NCBI GenBank assembly: GCA_963740895.1
Contig: CAVUFQ010000004.1
Coordinates: 286,671-350,670 of the forward strand
Length of the DNA stretch: 64,000 bases
DNA from: an uncultured Actinomycetes bacterium
GTDB lineage: Bacteria > Actinomycetota > Thermoleophilia > Solirubrobacterales > Solirubrobacteraceae
Direction: 5' to 3'
Positions 17,820 to 28,044 of the stretch are shown piece after piece (within the stretch, counting starts at the first letter, position 1; each line of letters starts with the position of its first letter). The notes beneath the pieces are model-generated. The model saw only the letters and a program-made list of their open reading frames with translations. It made no database searches and was not told where the DNA came from. The translations under genes and the position numbers were made by a program.

Positions 17820-18866
17820 ATGGGCAAGGTTCAGTTGAAGTTCTCGTTGTCGCTGGTGGCGGTGATCGCGCTGATCGCGATCGTCGTCGGCGTGGTCGCG
17901 GGCCGCGCCTCGGGCGGATCGTCCGACAAGGCCGCGGCGGGCAGCGGGAAGGGCGGCGCCGCCGCCGGCAAGAAGGTCGACGTCATCATCAAGGCGAGCG
18001 ACTCGTCGTTCTGGCAGACGATGCTCGCCGGGTCGTCGAAGGCGGCCAAGGACTTCGGCGTCGACGTCGGCCTCTTCGGCCCGACCTCGGAGATCGACGT
18101 CTCCCAGCAGGTCCAGCTCGTCGAGAACGCGATCTCGCGCGGGGTCGACGCGATCGTCATCGCGCCGAACTCCTCCGACGCGCTCAACAGCGTCATCAAG
18201 CGGGCCCGCGACGGCGGCATCAAGGTCGTCGTCGTCGACACCGCCGTGACGACGCAGACCGAGGGCTTCATCGGCACGGACAACATCAAGGCCGGCGAGC
18301 AGGCGGGCAAGACGCTCTGCGACCTCGCGACGAAGCAGGGCAAGACCAGCGGCGCCGTGATGATCGCCTCGTCGGTCGCCGGCGTGCAGACGATCAAGGA
18401 GCGCGAGACGGGCTTCAAGCGCGGCCTCGCGGCATCCTGCCCGGGGCTGAAGGTCTCCAGCACGCGCTACAACGACAACAAGCCCGACGTCGCCGTCAGC
18501 CAGGTCAACGACGTCCTCACGGCCAACCCGAGCCTCGTCGGCATCTTCGCCTCCAACAACACCTCGGGCGTCGGCGCGGCGCGCGCGGTGAAGGACAACC
18601 GGGCGGCCGACACGATCCCCGTCGTCGCGTTCGACACCGACCCGCAGGAGAACGCGGCGCTCGCGGACGGCTCGATCGACGCGCTGATCGTGCAGAACCC
18701 GTACTTCTTCGGCTATCAGGGCGTCATCGAGGCGGGGATGGCGGCGGTCGGATCGCAGCCGCCGCCGAAGCTCGATCCGGGCGCGGTCGTCGCGACGAAG
18801 GACAACCTCGACGACCCGACGGTCAAGCCGCTGCTGAATCCGCCCACCGCGAAGGCCCAGTCATGA
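17820..18866 (+). CDS. ABC sugar transporter substrate-binding protein (ribose/RbsB-like)
   Basis: ATG 17820. Signal/anchor LKFSLSLVAVIALIAIVVGVVAG, then a type-I PBP core (VDVIIKASDSSFWQ..., GVDAIVIAPN, VVAFDTD). Confidence 0.85.
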   Translation: MGKVQLKFSLSLVAVIALIAIVVGVVAGRASGGSSDKAAAGSGKGGAAAGKKVDVIIKASDSSFWQTMLAGSSKAAKDFGVDVGLFGPTSEIDVSQQVQLVENAISRGVDAIVIAPNSSDALNSVIKRARDGGIKVVVVDTAVTTQTEGFIGTDNIKAGEQAGKTLCDLATKQGKTSGAVMIASSVAGVQTIKERETGFKRGLAASCPGLKVSSTRYNDNKPDVAVSQVNDVLTANPSLVGIFASNNTSGVGAARAVKDNRAADTIPVVAFDTDPQENAALADGSIDALIVQNPYFFGYQGVIEAGMAAVGSQPPPKLDPGAVVATKDNLDDPTVKPLLNPPTAKAQS

Positions 18867-20440
18867 GCACCGCGACCCCCGAGCGCGCGCGGCCGACGCC
18901 GCCCGCACCCGAGCCGGTCGTGTCGCTGCGCGGCGCCACGAAGGCCTACGGGCCCAACAAGGCACTGACGGACGTCGATCTGGACCTGCGACCCGGCGAG
19001 GTCATGTGCCTCGCCGGCGAGAACGGGGCCGGCAAGAGCACGCTGATCAAGATCCTCACCGGGGCGATCCGGCGCGACAGCGGGACCTACAGCGTCGACG
19101 CGCGCGACGTCGGCGACCCGAGCCCGACCGAGGCCCGCGAGCACGGCATCGGCGTCGTCTACCAGGAGCTCAGCCTCCTGCCGGACCTGTCGGTCGGCGA
19201 GAACCTCATGATGAGCCGGCTGCCCGCCCGGCGCGGGATCACGCGCCCGGGCGAGCTGCGCCGCCAGGCCCGCGAGATGCTCGAGCGCGTCGAGCTCGAG
19301 GACCTCGACCCGGCGACCGAGGTCAGCGAACTGCCGCTCGCCAAGCAGCAGCTCGTCGAGATCGCGAAGGTCCTCGGCGAGTCGCCGCGCGTGATCATCT
19401 TCGACGAGCCGACGACGGCGCTGTCGGAGGCCGAGACGCGCCGGCTGCTCGACAAGATCATGCAGCTGCGCGACGAGGGCCACGCGATCATGTACGTGAG
19501 CCATCACCTCGAGGAGATGTTCGCCATCGGGGACCGCGTGACGATCCTGCGCGACGGCTGCCTCGTCACGAGCGCGCCGATGGACGAGTTCGACCACGAC
19601 TCGCTCATCGCGTCGATGGTCGGGCGCAAGATCGAGTCGCTGTACCCGGCCTCGGATCGCACGGTGACCGACAAGGTCCGGCTGAAGATCAGCGGCCTGC
19701 GGCCGGCGGGCGTGCAGACGCCGATCGACTTCGAGGTCCGCTCGGGCGAGATCGTCGGCATCGCCGGCCTGCTCGGCTCCGGGCGCACGGAGCTGCTGCG
19801 CGCGATCTTCGGCGCCGACGGCTGCGAGGGCGGCACGATCGAGGTCGACGGCAGGAAGGTCAAGTGCGGCGACCCGCGGCGCGCGGTGCGGGCCGGACTC
19901 GGGCTGCTGACCGAGGACCGCAAGCGGCTCGGGCTGCTGCTCGAGCTGACGATCCGCGAGAACGCGTCGATCGCCGACCTCGACGAGATCTCGCGCTTCA
20001 CGCTCGTCGACCGCAAGGGCGAGCGCGGGATCGTCGACAAGTACCTCGGCGGGCTGCGCCTGCGCGCGGCGTCGTGGGAGCAGCCGGTGTCGTCGCTGTC
20101 GGGCGGCAACCAGCAGAAGGTCCTGCTCGCGCGCTGGCTGGCGACGAAGGCGAAGGTGCTGCTCTTCGACGAGCCGACGAAGGGCGTCGACGTCGGCGCC
20201 AAGGCGGAGATCTACAAGGTCATCGGCGACCTCGCGGCCGAGGGCCTCGGCGTCGTCGTCGTGTCGTCCTACCTGCCCGAGGTGCTCGGGCTCGCCGACC
20301 GCGTGCTCGTCATGCGGGGCGGCACGATCGCGGGCGAGCTGCCCGCGGCGGGTGCGACCGAGGAGGACGTCCTGCGGCTGGCGAGCGTCGGCGGCGGACA
20401 CGCAACGGACGGTTTCGACACAGAGGAGACGGGAGCATGA
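18863..20440 (+). CDS. ABC sugar transporter ATP-binding protein (two fused ABC domains, RbsA-like)
   Basis: Walker A GENGAGKST, signature LSGGNQQK in the second half, 525 aa. ATGA overlaps on both sides. Confidence 0.9.
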   Translation: MSTATPERARPTPPAPEPVVSLRGATKAYGPNKALTDVDLDLRPGEVMCLAGENGAGKSTLIKILTGAIRRDSGTYSVDARDVGDPSPTEAREHGIGVVYQELSLLPDLSVGENLMMSRLPARRGITRPGELRRQAREMLERVELEDLDPATEVSELPLAKQQLVEIAKVLGESPRVIIFDEPTTALSEAETRRLLDKIMQLRDEGHAIMYVSHHLEEMFAIGDRVTILRDGCLVTSAPMDEFDHDSLIASMVGRKIESLYPASDRTVTDKVRLKISGLRPAGVQTPIDFEVRSGEIVGIAGLLGSGRTELLRAIFGADGCEGGTIEVDGRKVKCGDPRRAVRAGLGLLTEDRKRLGLLLELTIRENASIADLDEISRFTLVDRKGERGIVDKYLGGLRLRAASWEQPVSSLSGGNQQKVLLARWLATKAKVLLFDEPTKGVDVGAKAEIYKVIGDLAAEGLGVVVVSSYLPEVLGLADRVLVMRGGTIAGELPAAGATEEDVLRLASVGGGHATDGFDTEETGA

Positions 20441-21459
20441 GCGTGCGCAACAACCCCGAGCCGGCCGCCGCGGGCGCCGGCGACGGCGCCCCCGCGGTGC
20501 GGGAGCAGCGCGTCCTGACGTTCGGGGACGTGTTCGGCCGCGACGCAGGCGGCCTCATCGTCCTGCTGATCCTCTTCGGCGCGCTGACGCTGTGGAGCGA
20601 GCAGTTCCTCACGATCTCCAACCTCGAGAACCTCTCGCGGCAGGTGGCGATCTACGGGATCATCGCCGTCGGCCAGCTGCTCGTGATCCTCACGGCCGGG
20701 ATCGACCTGTCGGTCGGCTCGGTGCTCGGCCTGGCCGGCTGTGTGACGGCCGAGCTCATCGTCCACGGGACGGGCGTGCCCGTCGCGATCCTCGGCGGTC
20801 TCGGCGTCGGCGCCGCGATCGGCGTGTTCAACGGCGTGCTCGTCGCCCACGCGAAGCTCCCGCCGTTCATCGTGACGCTCGGGATGCTCGGCATCGCGCG
20901 CGGTGCGGTGCTCGTCCTCACGTCGGCCTCGACGGTCCAGCCGCTGCCGGACTCCTTCGGCCAGATCGCCAACGGCAGCGACATCCTGGGGCTGCCGAAC
21001 CTCCTCTGGATGCTCGTCGTGGTCGTGGCCGTGACGGCCTTCGTCCTGCGCCGGACGGTCTTCGGCCGCTACATCTACGCGGTCGGCTCCAACCCGGAGT
21101 CCGCGCGCCTCGCCGGCGTGCCGGTCACGCGCGTGCTCGTCGCCGTGTACGCCATCGCGGGCTTCCTCGCGGCGGTCGGCGGCGTGCTGCTGGCGTCGCG
21201 GCTGAACGCCGGCATCCCGACCGGCGGCACGGGCTACGAGCTCAACGCGATCGCGGCCTGCGTCATCGGGGGCGCGAGCCTGTTCGGGGCCAAGGGCGGC
21301 GCCTACGGGGCCGCGGCCGGCGCGATCATCGTCGGCACGCTGCAGAACGGCGGCAACCTGAAGAACATCGACCCGTTCTACCTGCAGATCATCATCGGCG
21401 CCCTGATCCTCATCGCGGTCGCCTTCGACCAGTACCAGGGGCGGCGTTCACGGTCCTGA
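20437..21459 (+). CDS. ABC sugar transporter permease (RbsC-like)
   Basis: ATG 20437 within track ORF 19006..21459. IAVGQLLVILTAGIDLSVGS and GGASLFGAKGG motifs of ribose-type permeases. Confidence 0.9.
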   Translation: MSVRNNPEPAAAGAGDGAPAVREQRVLTFGDVFGRDAGGLIVLLILFGALTLWSEQFLTISNLENLSRQVAIYGIIAVGQLLVILTAGIDLSVGSVLGLAGCVTAELIVHGTGVPVAILGGLGVGAAIGVFNGVLVAHAKLPPFIVTLGMLGIARGAVLVLTSASTVQPLPDSFGQIANGSDILGLPNLLWMLVVVVAVTAFVLRRTVFGRYIYAVGSNPESARLAGVPVTRVLVAVYAIAGFLAAVGGVLLASRLNAGIPTGGTGYELNAIAACVIGGASLFGAKGGAYGAAAGAIIVGTLQNGGNLKNIDPFYLQIIIGALILIAVAFDQYQGRRSRS

Positions 21460-21472
21460 AAAGTGGGACCTG

Positions 21473-21498
21473 CCCGCGGCGGTGGGGGCCGCCGCGGG
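21473..21498. terminator. Hairpin between the convergent permease and repeat-protein genes
   Basis: CCCGCGGCGG-TGGGGG-CCGCCGCGGG: a perfect 10-bp stem, 14 nt after the permease stop. Confidence 0.45.
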
Positions 21499-21516
21499 CT
21501 GGAGCCCCGCTCGGTC

Positions 21517-23082
21517 TCAGCGCTTTTTGAGAGGGCGCCTGACCTTCACGGTCTGGGTGGCGGACGGCAGCGACGAGAGTGCCGTCTGCGCGGTGAACCT
21601 CAGCGAGCCGCCCTTCTTCTTCAGGCGCTTGGCCGTGCTCTTGGAAAGCTTCACCGTCACGGGTGTCGAGGTGCCGCGGGGCAGCGCGAGCGTGAGGGCC
21701 GGGATCGCCTTCTGGCCCGCGACGGTGCCGCTGACCTTGATGAGGCAGCCCTTCGGCGCCGTCGCCGGGCAGCTCAGCGTGAACCTCGCGCTGTTGCGCT
21801 TCTTCGCGACCTTGATCGCGCCGATCGTCGCGCGGTAGCCGGTGAAGCCGGCGTTCGCGGCCGGCGTCCCGGTCGAGGGCCGCGGCGTGACGGCCGGGCC
21901 GGGGGTCGTCGTCGGACCGGGCGTCGTCGTGCCGGGCGTCGTGCCGCCGCCGGGGGTCGTGCCGCCGCCGCCCGGCGTCGTGCCGCCGGCGCCCTGGGCC
22001 GGGTCGCCGCCACCGCCGCCGGTCGCGGGGGCGAGCAGGTCGCCGATCGTCCTGACCAGGCCCTGAAGCGGCGCTGTCGCGGCGCCCAGCGGCGTGCTCG
22101 CGAGGATCCCGTCGACGGTCGTCAGCAGGCCGCCGAGCAGGCTCGTGTCGAGGCCGGTCGTGCCGAGCAGCCCGTTCACCGTCGTCAGGAGCGAGCCGAG
22201 GTTCGTGAGCTGGCCGGCGTCGGCGGGGAGCCCGCCGCCGAGCAGCGCCGTGACCTGGCCGACGAGGCCGTCGACCGCGGTCGCGCCGGGCGTCCCGCCC
22301 GCGAGGCCGGTGGCGCTGCCGAGCAGGCCGGTGATGACGCTGCCGGTTGCGCCGCCGCCGAGCAGGCCCGTGATCTGGGCCGGGCTCAGGTGGCCGAGGA
22401 TGCTCGTGAGGTCGCCGGCGCCGAGCGTGCCCAGGCCGCTCGCGGCCTGCGCTCCGGTCAGCCCGCCGAGCAGGTTCGTGAGCTGCGCGGGGCTTGCGAT
22501 GGCGAGCAGGCCGCCGGTCTGGCCGGCGGTGAGGGTGCCGAGTGCGCCGGTGAGCTGGCCGCCGGTGAGGGAGCCGAGAACGCTCGTCAGCGCGCCGCCC
22601 GTGAGCGGCGCGAGCAGGCCGCCGTTCTCGGCCGCCGTGTTCGTGCCGAGCGCGTTGGTGAGCTGGAGGCTCGTGAGGCCGCCGATGAGCGAGGTCGCCT
22701 GCGGCGTGGTGGAGGCGGCGAGCAGGTCGCCGATCTCCGTCGCGGTCAGCGTGGCGAGTGCGCCGCTGAGCTGCGGGCCGGTGAGCGCCGAGAGGATCTT
22801 CGTGAGCTGGGCGGGGTCGGCCGCCAGCAGGAGGTCGCCGATCTGCGCGCCGGTCAGCCCGCCGAGCGTCGCCTGCAGCTGGCCGAGCGTCTGCCCCAGG
22901 ACGTTGCCGAGGATGCCGGTGAGCAGGCCGTCGAACAGCCCCCCGAGCAGCTGGCCCGAGGGGGCCGCCGGCGGCCGCGCCGGCGGGTTGTCGGCGGCGT
23001 GGACGATCGTGCTCAGCGAGCCGGTGACGACGAGCGCGGCTGTCGCAAGCGTGGCGATCTGGCGCCGGGGACGTGAAAGCAT
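21517..23082 (-). CDS. Secreted Leu/Gly/Thr-rich degenerate-repeat protein with a Gly/Thr/Pro linker and a basic C-terminal domain (uncharacterised)
   Basis: 521 aa. The signal-like N-terminus is [32 protein letters not shown]. About 330 aa of degenerate units follow ([44 protein letters not shown] ...). Next comes the linker [42 protein letters not shown]. The protein ends in a Lys/Arg-rich beta-looking domain of about 110 aa with two Cys. Confidence 0.7.
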   Translation of the reverse strand: MLSRPRRQIATLATAALVVTGSLSTIVHAADNPPARPPAAPSGQLLGGLFDGLLTGILGNVLGQTLGQLQATLGGLTGAQIGDLLLAADPAQLTKILSALTGPQLSGALATLTATEIGDLLAASTTPQATSLIGGLTSLQLTNALGTNTAAENGGLLAPLTGGALTSVLGSLTGGQLTGALGTLTAGQTGGLLAIASPAQLTNLLGGLTGAQAASGLGTLGAGDLTSILGHLSPAQITGLLGGGATGSVITGLLGSATGLAGGTPGATAVDGLVGQVTALLGGGLPADAGQLTNLGSLLTTVNGLLGTTGLDTSLLGGLLTTVDGILASTPLGAATAPLQGLVRTIGDLLAPATGGGGGDPAQGAGGTTPGGGGTTPGGGTTPGTTTPGPTTTPGPAVTPRPSTGTPAANAGFTGYRATIGAIKVAKKRNSARFTLSCPATAPKGCLIKVSGTVAGQKAIPALTLALPRGTSTPVTVKLSKSTAKRLKKKGGSLRFTAQTALSSLPSATQTVKVRRPLKKR

Positions 23083-23216
23083 GGGCGAGCGGGGTCCTTT
23101 CCGGGACGACGGGCAGCCGTGCCCGCCGGTGACGTTGGGGGTGGATCGGTCGCCGCGGACGGATGCTTGAGCGATGCGAGCGACCGGCGGTACGTCCGTC
23201 CGCTGCGCGTGGACGG

Positions 23217-23239
23217 CAGTTGCAGTTGCGCGCGCAACT
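23217..23239. promoter_or_regulatory. Perfect 16-bp palindrome (candidate operator) upstream of the LLM oxidoreductase gene
   Basis: AGTTGCGCGCGCAACT at 23224-23239, preceded by a CAGTTG direct repeat. It lies 20 nt upstream of ATG 23260. Confidence 0.3.
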
Positions 23240-23259
23240 ACTTGCTATCGTCTGCCCGT

Positions 23260-24390
23260 ATGGAGCTGGGTCTCTACACGTTCGCCGAGGTGACGCCGGC
23301 CATCAGCCCGCAGCAGCGCCTGCGCGACGTCCTCGAGGAGGCCGAGCTCGCCGAGCAGGTCGGCCTCGACGTCTTCGGCGTCGGCGAGCACCACCGCGCG
23401 GACTTCGCCGTCTCGGCGCCCGCCGTCGTGCTCGCGGCGGCAGCGGCGCGCACCGCGCGCATCCGGCTGACGTCGGCCGTCACCGTCCTGAGCTCCGACG
23501 ATCCGGTCCGCGTCTTCCAGGACTTCGCGACGCTCGACCTGCTGTCCGGCGGGCGCGCCGAGATCATGGCCGGCCGCGGCTCGTTCATCGAGTCCTTCCC
23601 GCTCTTCGGCCACGACCTCGACGACTACGACGAGCTGTTCGCCGAGAAGCTCGACCTCCTCCTCGCGCTGCGCGGGGGCGAGCACGTCAACTGGGCCGGC
23701 TCCGGGCGCCACCGCCCCGCGATCGACGGCCTCGGGGTCTACCCGCGCCCGGTCCAGGAGCCACTGCCGGTCTGGCTCGCCGTCGGCGGGAACCCCGGCT
23801 CCGCGATCCGCGCGGGGACGCTCGGCCTCCCGCTCGCGGTCGCGATCATCGGCGGGCAGCCGGAGCGCTTCGTCGCGCTCGTCGAGCTGTACCGCGAGAG
23901 TGCCCGCCAGGCCGGCCATGACCCAGCCGCCCTGCCGGTGAGCATCAACTCCCACGCCTACGTCGCGCCGTCGTCCGAGCGCGCCGCAGGCGAGTTCTTC
24001 GGGCCCTACGCGGCGATGATGGGCAAGATCGGCCGCGAGCGCGGCTGGCCGCCGATGACCCGCGCGCAGTTCGACGCGGGCCGCACGCCGCGCGGCGCGC
24101 TCGTCGTCGGCAGTCCGGAGGAGGTCGCCGGGAAGATCCTCTTCCAGCACGAGCTCTTCGGCCACCAGCGCTTCCTCGCGCAGATGAGTGTCGGGCCGAT
24201 GGCGCACGCCGACGTCCTGCGCTCGATCGAGCTCTTCGGCACCGAGGTCGCGCCGCTCGTGCGCGCAGAGCTCGTGCGGCGCGCCCGGCCTCAGCCGGGA
24301 AGCGTCGCCGACGCCCAGCAGGCGAGGCCGCGCGGCCCGACGGCGCGGGCCGTTACGGCGTCGGCGCCGCTGAAGTCCGGCAGCCGGTAG
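23260..24390 (+). CDS. LLM-class (luciferase-like) flavin-dependent oxidoreductase
   Basis: ATG 23260: [11 protein letters not shown]...[74 protein letters not shown], a typical LLM N-terminal barrel. Confidence 0.8.
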   Translation: MELGLYTFAEVTPAISPQQRLRDVLEEAELAEQVGLDVFGVGEHHRADFAVSAPAVVLAAAAARTARIRLTSAVTVLSSDDPVRVFQDFATLDLLSGGRAEIMAGRGSFIESFPLFGHDLDDYDELFAEKLDLLLALRGGEHVNWAGSGRHRPAIDGLGVYPRPVQEPLPVWLAVGGNPGSAIRAGTLGLPLAVAIIGGQPERFVALVELYRESARQAGHDPAALPVSINSHAYVAPSSERAAGEFFGPYAAMMGKIGRERGWPPMTRAQFDAGRTPRGALVVGSPEEVAGKILFQHELFGHQRFLAQMSVGPMAHADVLRSIELFGTEVAPLVRAELVRRARPQPGSVADAQQARPRGPTARAVTASAPLKSGSR

Positions 24391-24743
24391 CCGAAGCGGA
24401 AGTAGTGCGCCGTGCCGGCCGTGCGCCGGTGCCCGCGCCACGCGATCTGGCGCTCGTGGACGAGGGTCACGCTCCAGCTGGCGCTCGAACGGCCCCAGAC
24501 CTTGAACTCCGTCTCCAGGCCGCCGTCGCGGGCCCTGACGCGCAGGGTCGAGGTCGCGCCCTTCCCGCACGTCCCGGCGACGCGCACCTCCGGCCGGTCC
24601 CCGCTGCCGCTGCCGCTGCCGCCGCCGCGCGCGAGCGCCGGCGTCGCGCCGGCGCCGAGCGCGGCGAGCACGAGGACGATGCCTCGGAGGCAGAACACGA
24701 ACACGGTCGCTCGACTCTGGCGCAGCGCCGGGCCGAGTCGCAA
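24291..24743 (-). CDS. Small secreted hypothetical protein downstream of the two-component system
   Basis: Signal-like [25 protein letters not shown], a GGGSGSGSG linker, then a beta-rich region. It starts 8 nt after the response-regulator stop. Its 3' end overlaps the LLM gene by 100 nt. Confidence 0.4.
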   Translation of the reverse strand: MRLGPALRQSRATVFVFCLRGIVLVLAALGAGATPALARGGGSGSGSGDRPEVRVAGTCGKGATSTLRVRARDGGLETEFKVWGRSSASWSVTLVHERQIAWRGHRRTAGTAHYFRFGYRLPDFSGADAVTARAVGPRGLACWASATLPG

Positions 24744-24750
24744 TGCGACG

Positions 24751-25383
24751 TTAGTCGCGGTTGATCTGGAGTCCGTGGCGCTCGGCCCAGAGCGCGGCCT
24801 GCGTGCGGTCGGTCACGCCGAGCTCGCGGAAGATGCGCGTGAGGTGCGACTTGACCGTCTTCTCGCTGATCTCCAGACGGCGCGCGATGAGCTTGTTCGG
24901 CAGCCCCTCGACGAGCAGCGCGAGCACCTCGCGCTCGCGGACGGAGAGCGCGCCGATCGGGTCGGGCTCGGCGCGCGCGCTGATGATCGTCCGCGCCGCG
25001 CGCGGGTCCAGCGGCGACTCGCCGCGCGACGCCGCGCGGATGCCGTCGGCGACCTCCTCCGAGGACGCGTCCTTGAGGAGATAGCCGCACGCGCCGGCCG
25101 ACAGCGCGCCGAGGATCCGCGCACGGTCGGAGAACGAGGTCAGCACGAGCACCGCCGTGCCGGGGCGCTCCTCGGTGATCCGGCGGGTCGCCTCGATCCC
25201 GTCCATGCGCGGCATGTCGAGGTCCATGAGCACGACGTCGGGCGCGAGCTCGCGCGCGCGGTCGACGGCCTCTGCGCCGTCGCCGGCCGTGCCGGCGAGC
25301 TCGATGTCGTCGAGCGCGTCGATGAGACGCCCCAGGCCATCGCGGATGACGCCGTGGTCGTCGGCGATGAGCACGCTGATCAT
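24751..25383 (-). CDS. NarL/LuxR-family response regulator
   Basis: ATG 25383: MISVLIADDHGVIRDGL...DVVLMDLDMPRMDG (receiver domain), plus a C-terminal LuxR HTH (LSVREREVLALLVEGLPNKLIARRLEISEKTVKSHL). Confidence 0.9.
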   Translation of the reverse strand: MISVLIADDHGVIRDGLGRLIDALDDIELAGTAGDGAEAVDRARELAPDVVLMDLDMPRMDGIEATRRITEERPGTAVLVLTSFSDRARILGALSAGACGYLLKDASSEEVADGIRAASRGESPLDPRAARTIISARAEPDPIGALSVREREVLALLVEGLPNKLIARRLEISEKTVKSHLTRIFRELGVTDRTQAALWAERHGLQINRD

Positions 25384-26723
25384 GTCGTCGGAACCTCCAG
25401 TTCCAGGCGCGTCCCCTCGCCGGGTTCGGACGTCACGACGAGCGTGCCGTCGACCTGCTTGACGAGCCCGGTGAGCAGCGCGAGGCCGACGTGGCCGTCG
25501 GCCTGGCGGCGCGCGCGATCGGCGGGGGCGAAGCCGCGCCCGTCGTCGGTCACCACCAGCCGCGTCGTGCCGGGGGTGGGATTGGAGACCTCCACGCACA
25601 CCATCGTCGCATCTGCGTGCGCCTGGGCGTTGCGCACCGCCTCGCGCGCCGCCCGGTAGATGAGCGGATCGCGCGGCGAGCCGGCGGCCGCGGTGTCGGC
25701 GACGTAGAGCTCGGTGACGATGTCGGCGGCCACGAGCGGGCTGAGCAGATCGTGCAATGCCGCCTCGAGACCGGCCGACTCGAGCGTCGGCGGATGGATC
25801 TCGACGAGCAGCGTGCGCAGGCCGCGGATGCCCTGGCGCAGGCGCGCGACGGCGTCGCGCAGGACGGCCGCCTCGCGCGGGGCGTCGCGGCGCGCGGCGT
25901 CCTCGGCCAGCGGTGCGAGGCCGAACGCGACGCCGGCGATGTCCTGCACGACGCCGTCGTGGAGGTCGGCGGCGATCCGGCGGCGCTCCTGGTCGGAGGC
26001 CTCGATCGCGCTCGCGAGCAGCATCTCGCGCTCGAGGTGGCCGCGCTTGACCCGGCCCGCCATCGACCACGCCAGCGGGGCCTGGAAGAGCAGCAGGACG
26101 AGCAGGCCGCCGATGAGCGGCGGGGCGAGCGCGCCGAGGAGGTGGCCGGCGTTCTGGCTCACGGAGTCGAAGCGCTGGTAGATCTCGAACAGCAGCGGCG
26201 TCCCGGCCTTCGTGCGGATGACGGTGTGCGCCTCGAGGAGCTTCTTGTACGAGCGCTCGTAGCGGTTCTCGGGCGCGGACAGGTCGCTGAGCTCGGCGTC
26301 GACTCCGCCGCGCTCGAAGAGCGTCTGCTCCTCGGGGCCGAGCGGGAAGCGCTGCCCGATGAGCTTTCGCACGTCGGAGTAGAGGATCCGGCCCTGGCGC
26401 GTCCAGATCTTCACGCGGATGACGGAGTCATCGAGGATGCGGCCGTTGACGAGGTCGTCGATCACCTTCCGCGCCTTCTCGTCGCCCCGGATGAGGCCCC
26501 CGCTCAGACCGCCGACCTCGACGAGGGCGCCCAAGATCTGCACGCGGTCGCGGGTGTCGGACTCGGCCTGGTCGATCGTCACGCCGCGGAGGCTGAAGAA
26601 CCCGCCGACGACGACGACGGCGATCGCGACGAGGCTTCCGAGCATGAAGCGCGACACCGCCCACGGCGTGCTGTCGCGGTCGTGCCTGGCCCACCTTGCG
26701 CGGAGCTTCTGAATGAACGGCAC
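25380..26723 (-). CDS. Sensor histidine kinase (HisKA_3 / NarX-type)
   Basis: H-box ERRRIAADLHDGVVQD and an HATPase region (VSNPTPGTTRLVVTDDGRGF...GHVGLALL). The GTG 26723 start (VPFIQKLRARW, just before the first TM) is my choice; the longer track ORF N-terminus looks like shadow. Confidence 0.8.
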   Translation of the reverse strand: MPFIQKLRARWARHDRDSTPWAVSRFMLGSLVAIAVVVVGGFFSLRGVTIDQAESDTRDRVQILGALVEVGGLSGGLIRGDEKARKVIDDLVNGRILDDSVIRVKIWTRQGRILYSDVRKLIGQRFPLGPEEQTLFERGGVDAELSDLSAPENRYERSYKKLLEAHTVIRTKAGTPLLFEIYQRFDSVSQNAGHLLGALAPPLIGGLLVLLLFQAPLAWSMAGRVKRGHLEREMLLASAIEASDQERRRIAADLHDGVVQDIAGVAFGLAPLAEDAARRDAPREAAVLRDAVARLRQGIRGLRTLLVEIHPPTLESAGLEAALHDLLSPLVAADIVTELYVADTAAAGSPRDPLIYRAAREAVRNAQAHADATMVCVEVSNPTPGTTRLVVTDDGRGFAPADRARRQADGHVGLALLTGLVKQVDGTLVVTSEPGEGTRLELEVPTT

Positions 26724-26941
26724 GGTTCGCAATCTTGCCCGTCGGCGCGCCCTGGCGCCGAGACATGCGACGAAAGTCCCATCCGCGGCTGCGCGGTTCG
26801 GGTCCGTGGGCGGATGAGCGGCGACGCGATCGACATCCTCGAGGTGCAACTGGGCGCCCGCACCCGAGGTGCTCGAGGTGCTCGCCGACGCACCACCGGC
26901 CACGGGGATTAGCCTGGCGCGGAGACGGTTATGCTCGATGG

Positions 26942-27916
26942 ATGGCCACCGGGACCGCAACCGCGACGGAACCCGACGCCGCCGCACTCGAGGCCTACGG
27001 GCCCGTCGGCCGCTCGGAGTGGATGGACATCGACTGGAACGAGCACCTGCGCTGGGTGCACGTCCAGGACCGCTGGATGAACGTGCTGGACTACGGCTCC
27101 GGCCCGCCGCTGCTCTTCATCCACGGCCTGTCGGGCTGCTGGCAGAACTGGCTGGAGAACATCCCGTACTTCGCCCGCGGCCATCGCGTCATCGCGATGG
27201 ACCTGCCGGGCTTCGGGCAGTCCGAGATGCCGGCCGAGCCGATCTCGATGAAGGGCTACGCGGCGACGATGGACGCGCTGATGACCGAGCTCGGCATCGA
27301 CAGCGCGCAGATCGTCGGCAACTCGATGGGGGGCTTCATCGGCGCCGAGCTCGCGATCCAGCACCCGGCGCGGGTCGAGCGGCTCGTGCTCGTCGCAGCC
27401 GCCGGTCTGAGCCTCGAGTACATCTGCACGCAGCGCACGCAGGGCATCCGCCACCGGGCCGAGAACGCCGTCTTCTTCCAGCTCGGCTGGGTCGCGTCGC
27501 GCTCGCACATCGTCGCGTCGCGGCGCCGGCTGCGCTCCGCGCTGCTGCTGCTCGTCGCCGCGCACCCGGCGAAGTTGCCGCCCGCACTGACGATCGAGCT
27601 CGTCGCCGGCTCGGGCAAGCCCGGCTTCTCCGATGCGCTCGACGCGATGCTGCACTACCCGCTGCGCGACCGCCTCGAGAAGATCGGCTGCCCGACGCTC
27701 ATCGTGTGGGGCGACAAGGACCGGCTCGTGCCCGTGAAGGACGCGGCCGTCTTCGAGCAGCTCATCCCGGACTCGCACAAGATCGTCTACACGGACACCG
27801 GGCATCTGACGATGCTCGAGCGTCCGGCGCGCTTCAACCGCGACGTACACGCCTTCCTCCACGAGGAGCCGGGCGAGCAGGCGCCGCGGTCGGGCACGCG
27901 GACGTTCGCGGGCTGA
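26942..27916 (+). CDS. Alpha/beta-fold hydrolase
   Basis: ATG 26942. HG box PLLFIHGLSG, nucleophile elbow GNSMGG, and C-terminal GHLTMLERPARFNRDVHAFL. Confidence 0.85.
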   Translation: MATGTATATEPDAAALEAYGPVGRSEWMDIDWNEHLRWVHVQDRWMNVLDYGSGPPLLFIHGLSGCWQNWLENIPYFARGHRVIAMDLPGFGQSEMPAEPISMKGYAATMDALMTELGIDSAQIVGNSMGGFIGAELAIQHPARVERLVLVAAAGLSLEYICTQRTQGIRHRAENAVFFQLGWVASRSHIVASRRRLRSALLLLVAAHPAKLPPALTIELVAGSGKPGFSDALDAMLHYPLRDRLEKIGCPTLIVWGDKDRLVPVKDAAVFEQLIPDSHKIVYTDTGHLTMLERPARFNRDVHAFLHEEPGEQAPRSGTRTFAG

Positions 27917-27984
27917 GACGGCGCAGCGCCACGCCGGGCCGGGGCTATCCTCGGGGCGGGCGACGACGGCGACCCCTGGCGCGG

Positions 27985-28044
27985 ATGTTCGAGCGCCCGG
28001 AGCGCTTCAACGCCGACGTGCGGGCCTCCCTCGAGGACGCGTGA
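27985..28044 (+). pseudogene. Relic of the C-terminus of a second alpha/beta hydrolase
   Basis: MFERPERFNADVRASLEDA* matches MLERPARFNRDVHAFL of the intact gene 70 nt upstream in 11 of 16 residues, and the DNA is also similar. Nothing hydrolase-like precedes it in frame. Confidence 0.4.

Noticed and set aside
21900-22950. Repetitive DNA that could be mistaken for a tandem-repeat or CRISPR-like array
   Set aside because: The repeats are degenerate, of variable length and in frame. They encode the L/G/T-rich units of the secreted protein, and there is no repeat-spacer regularity.
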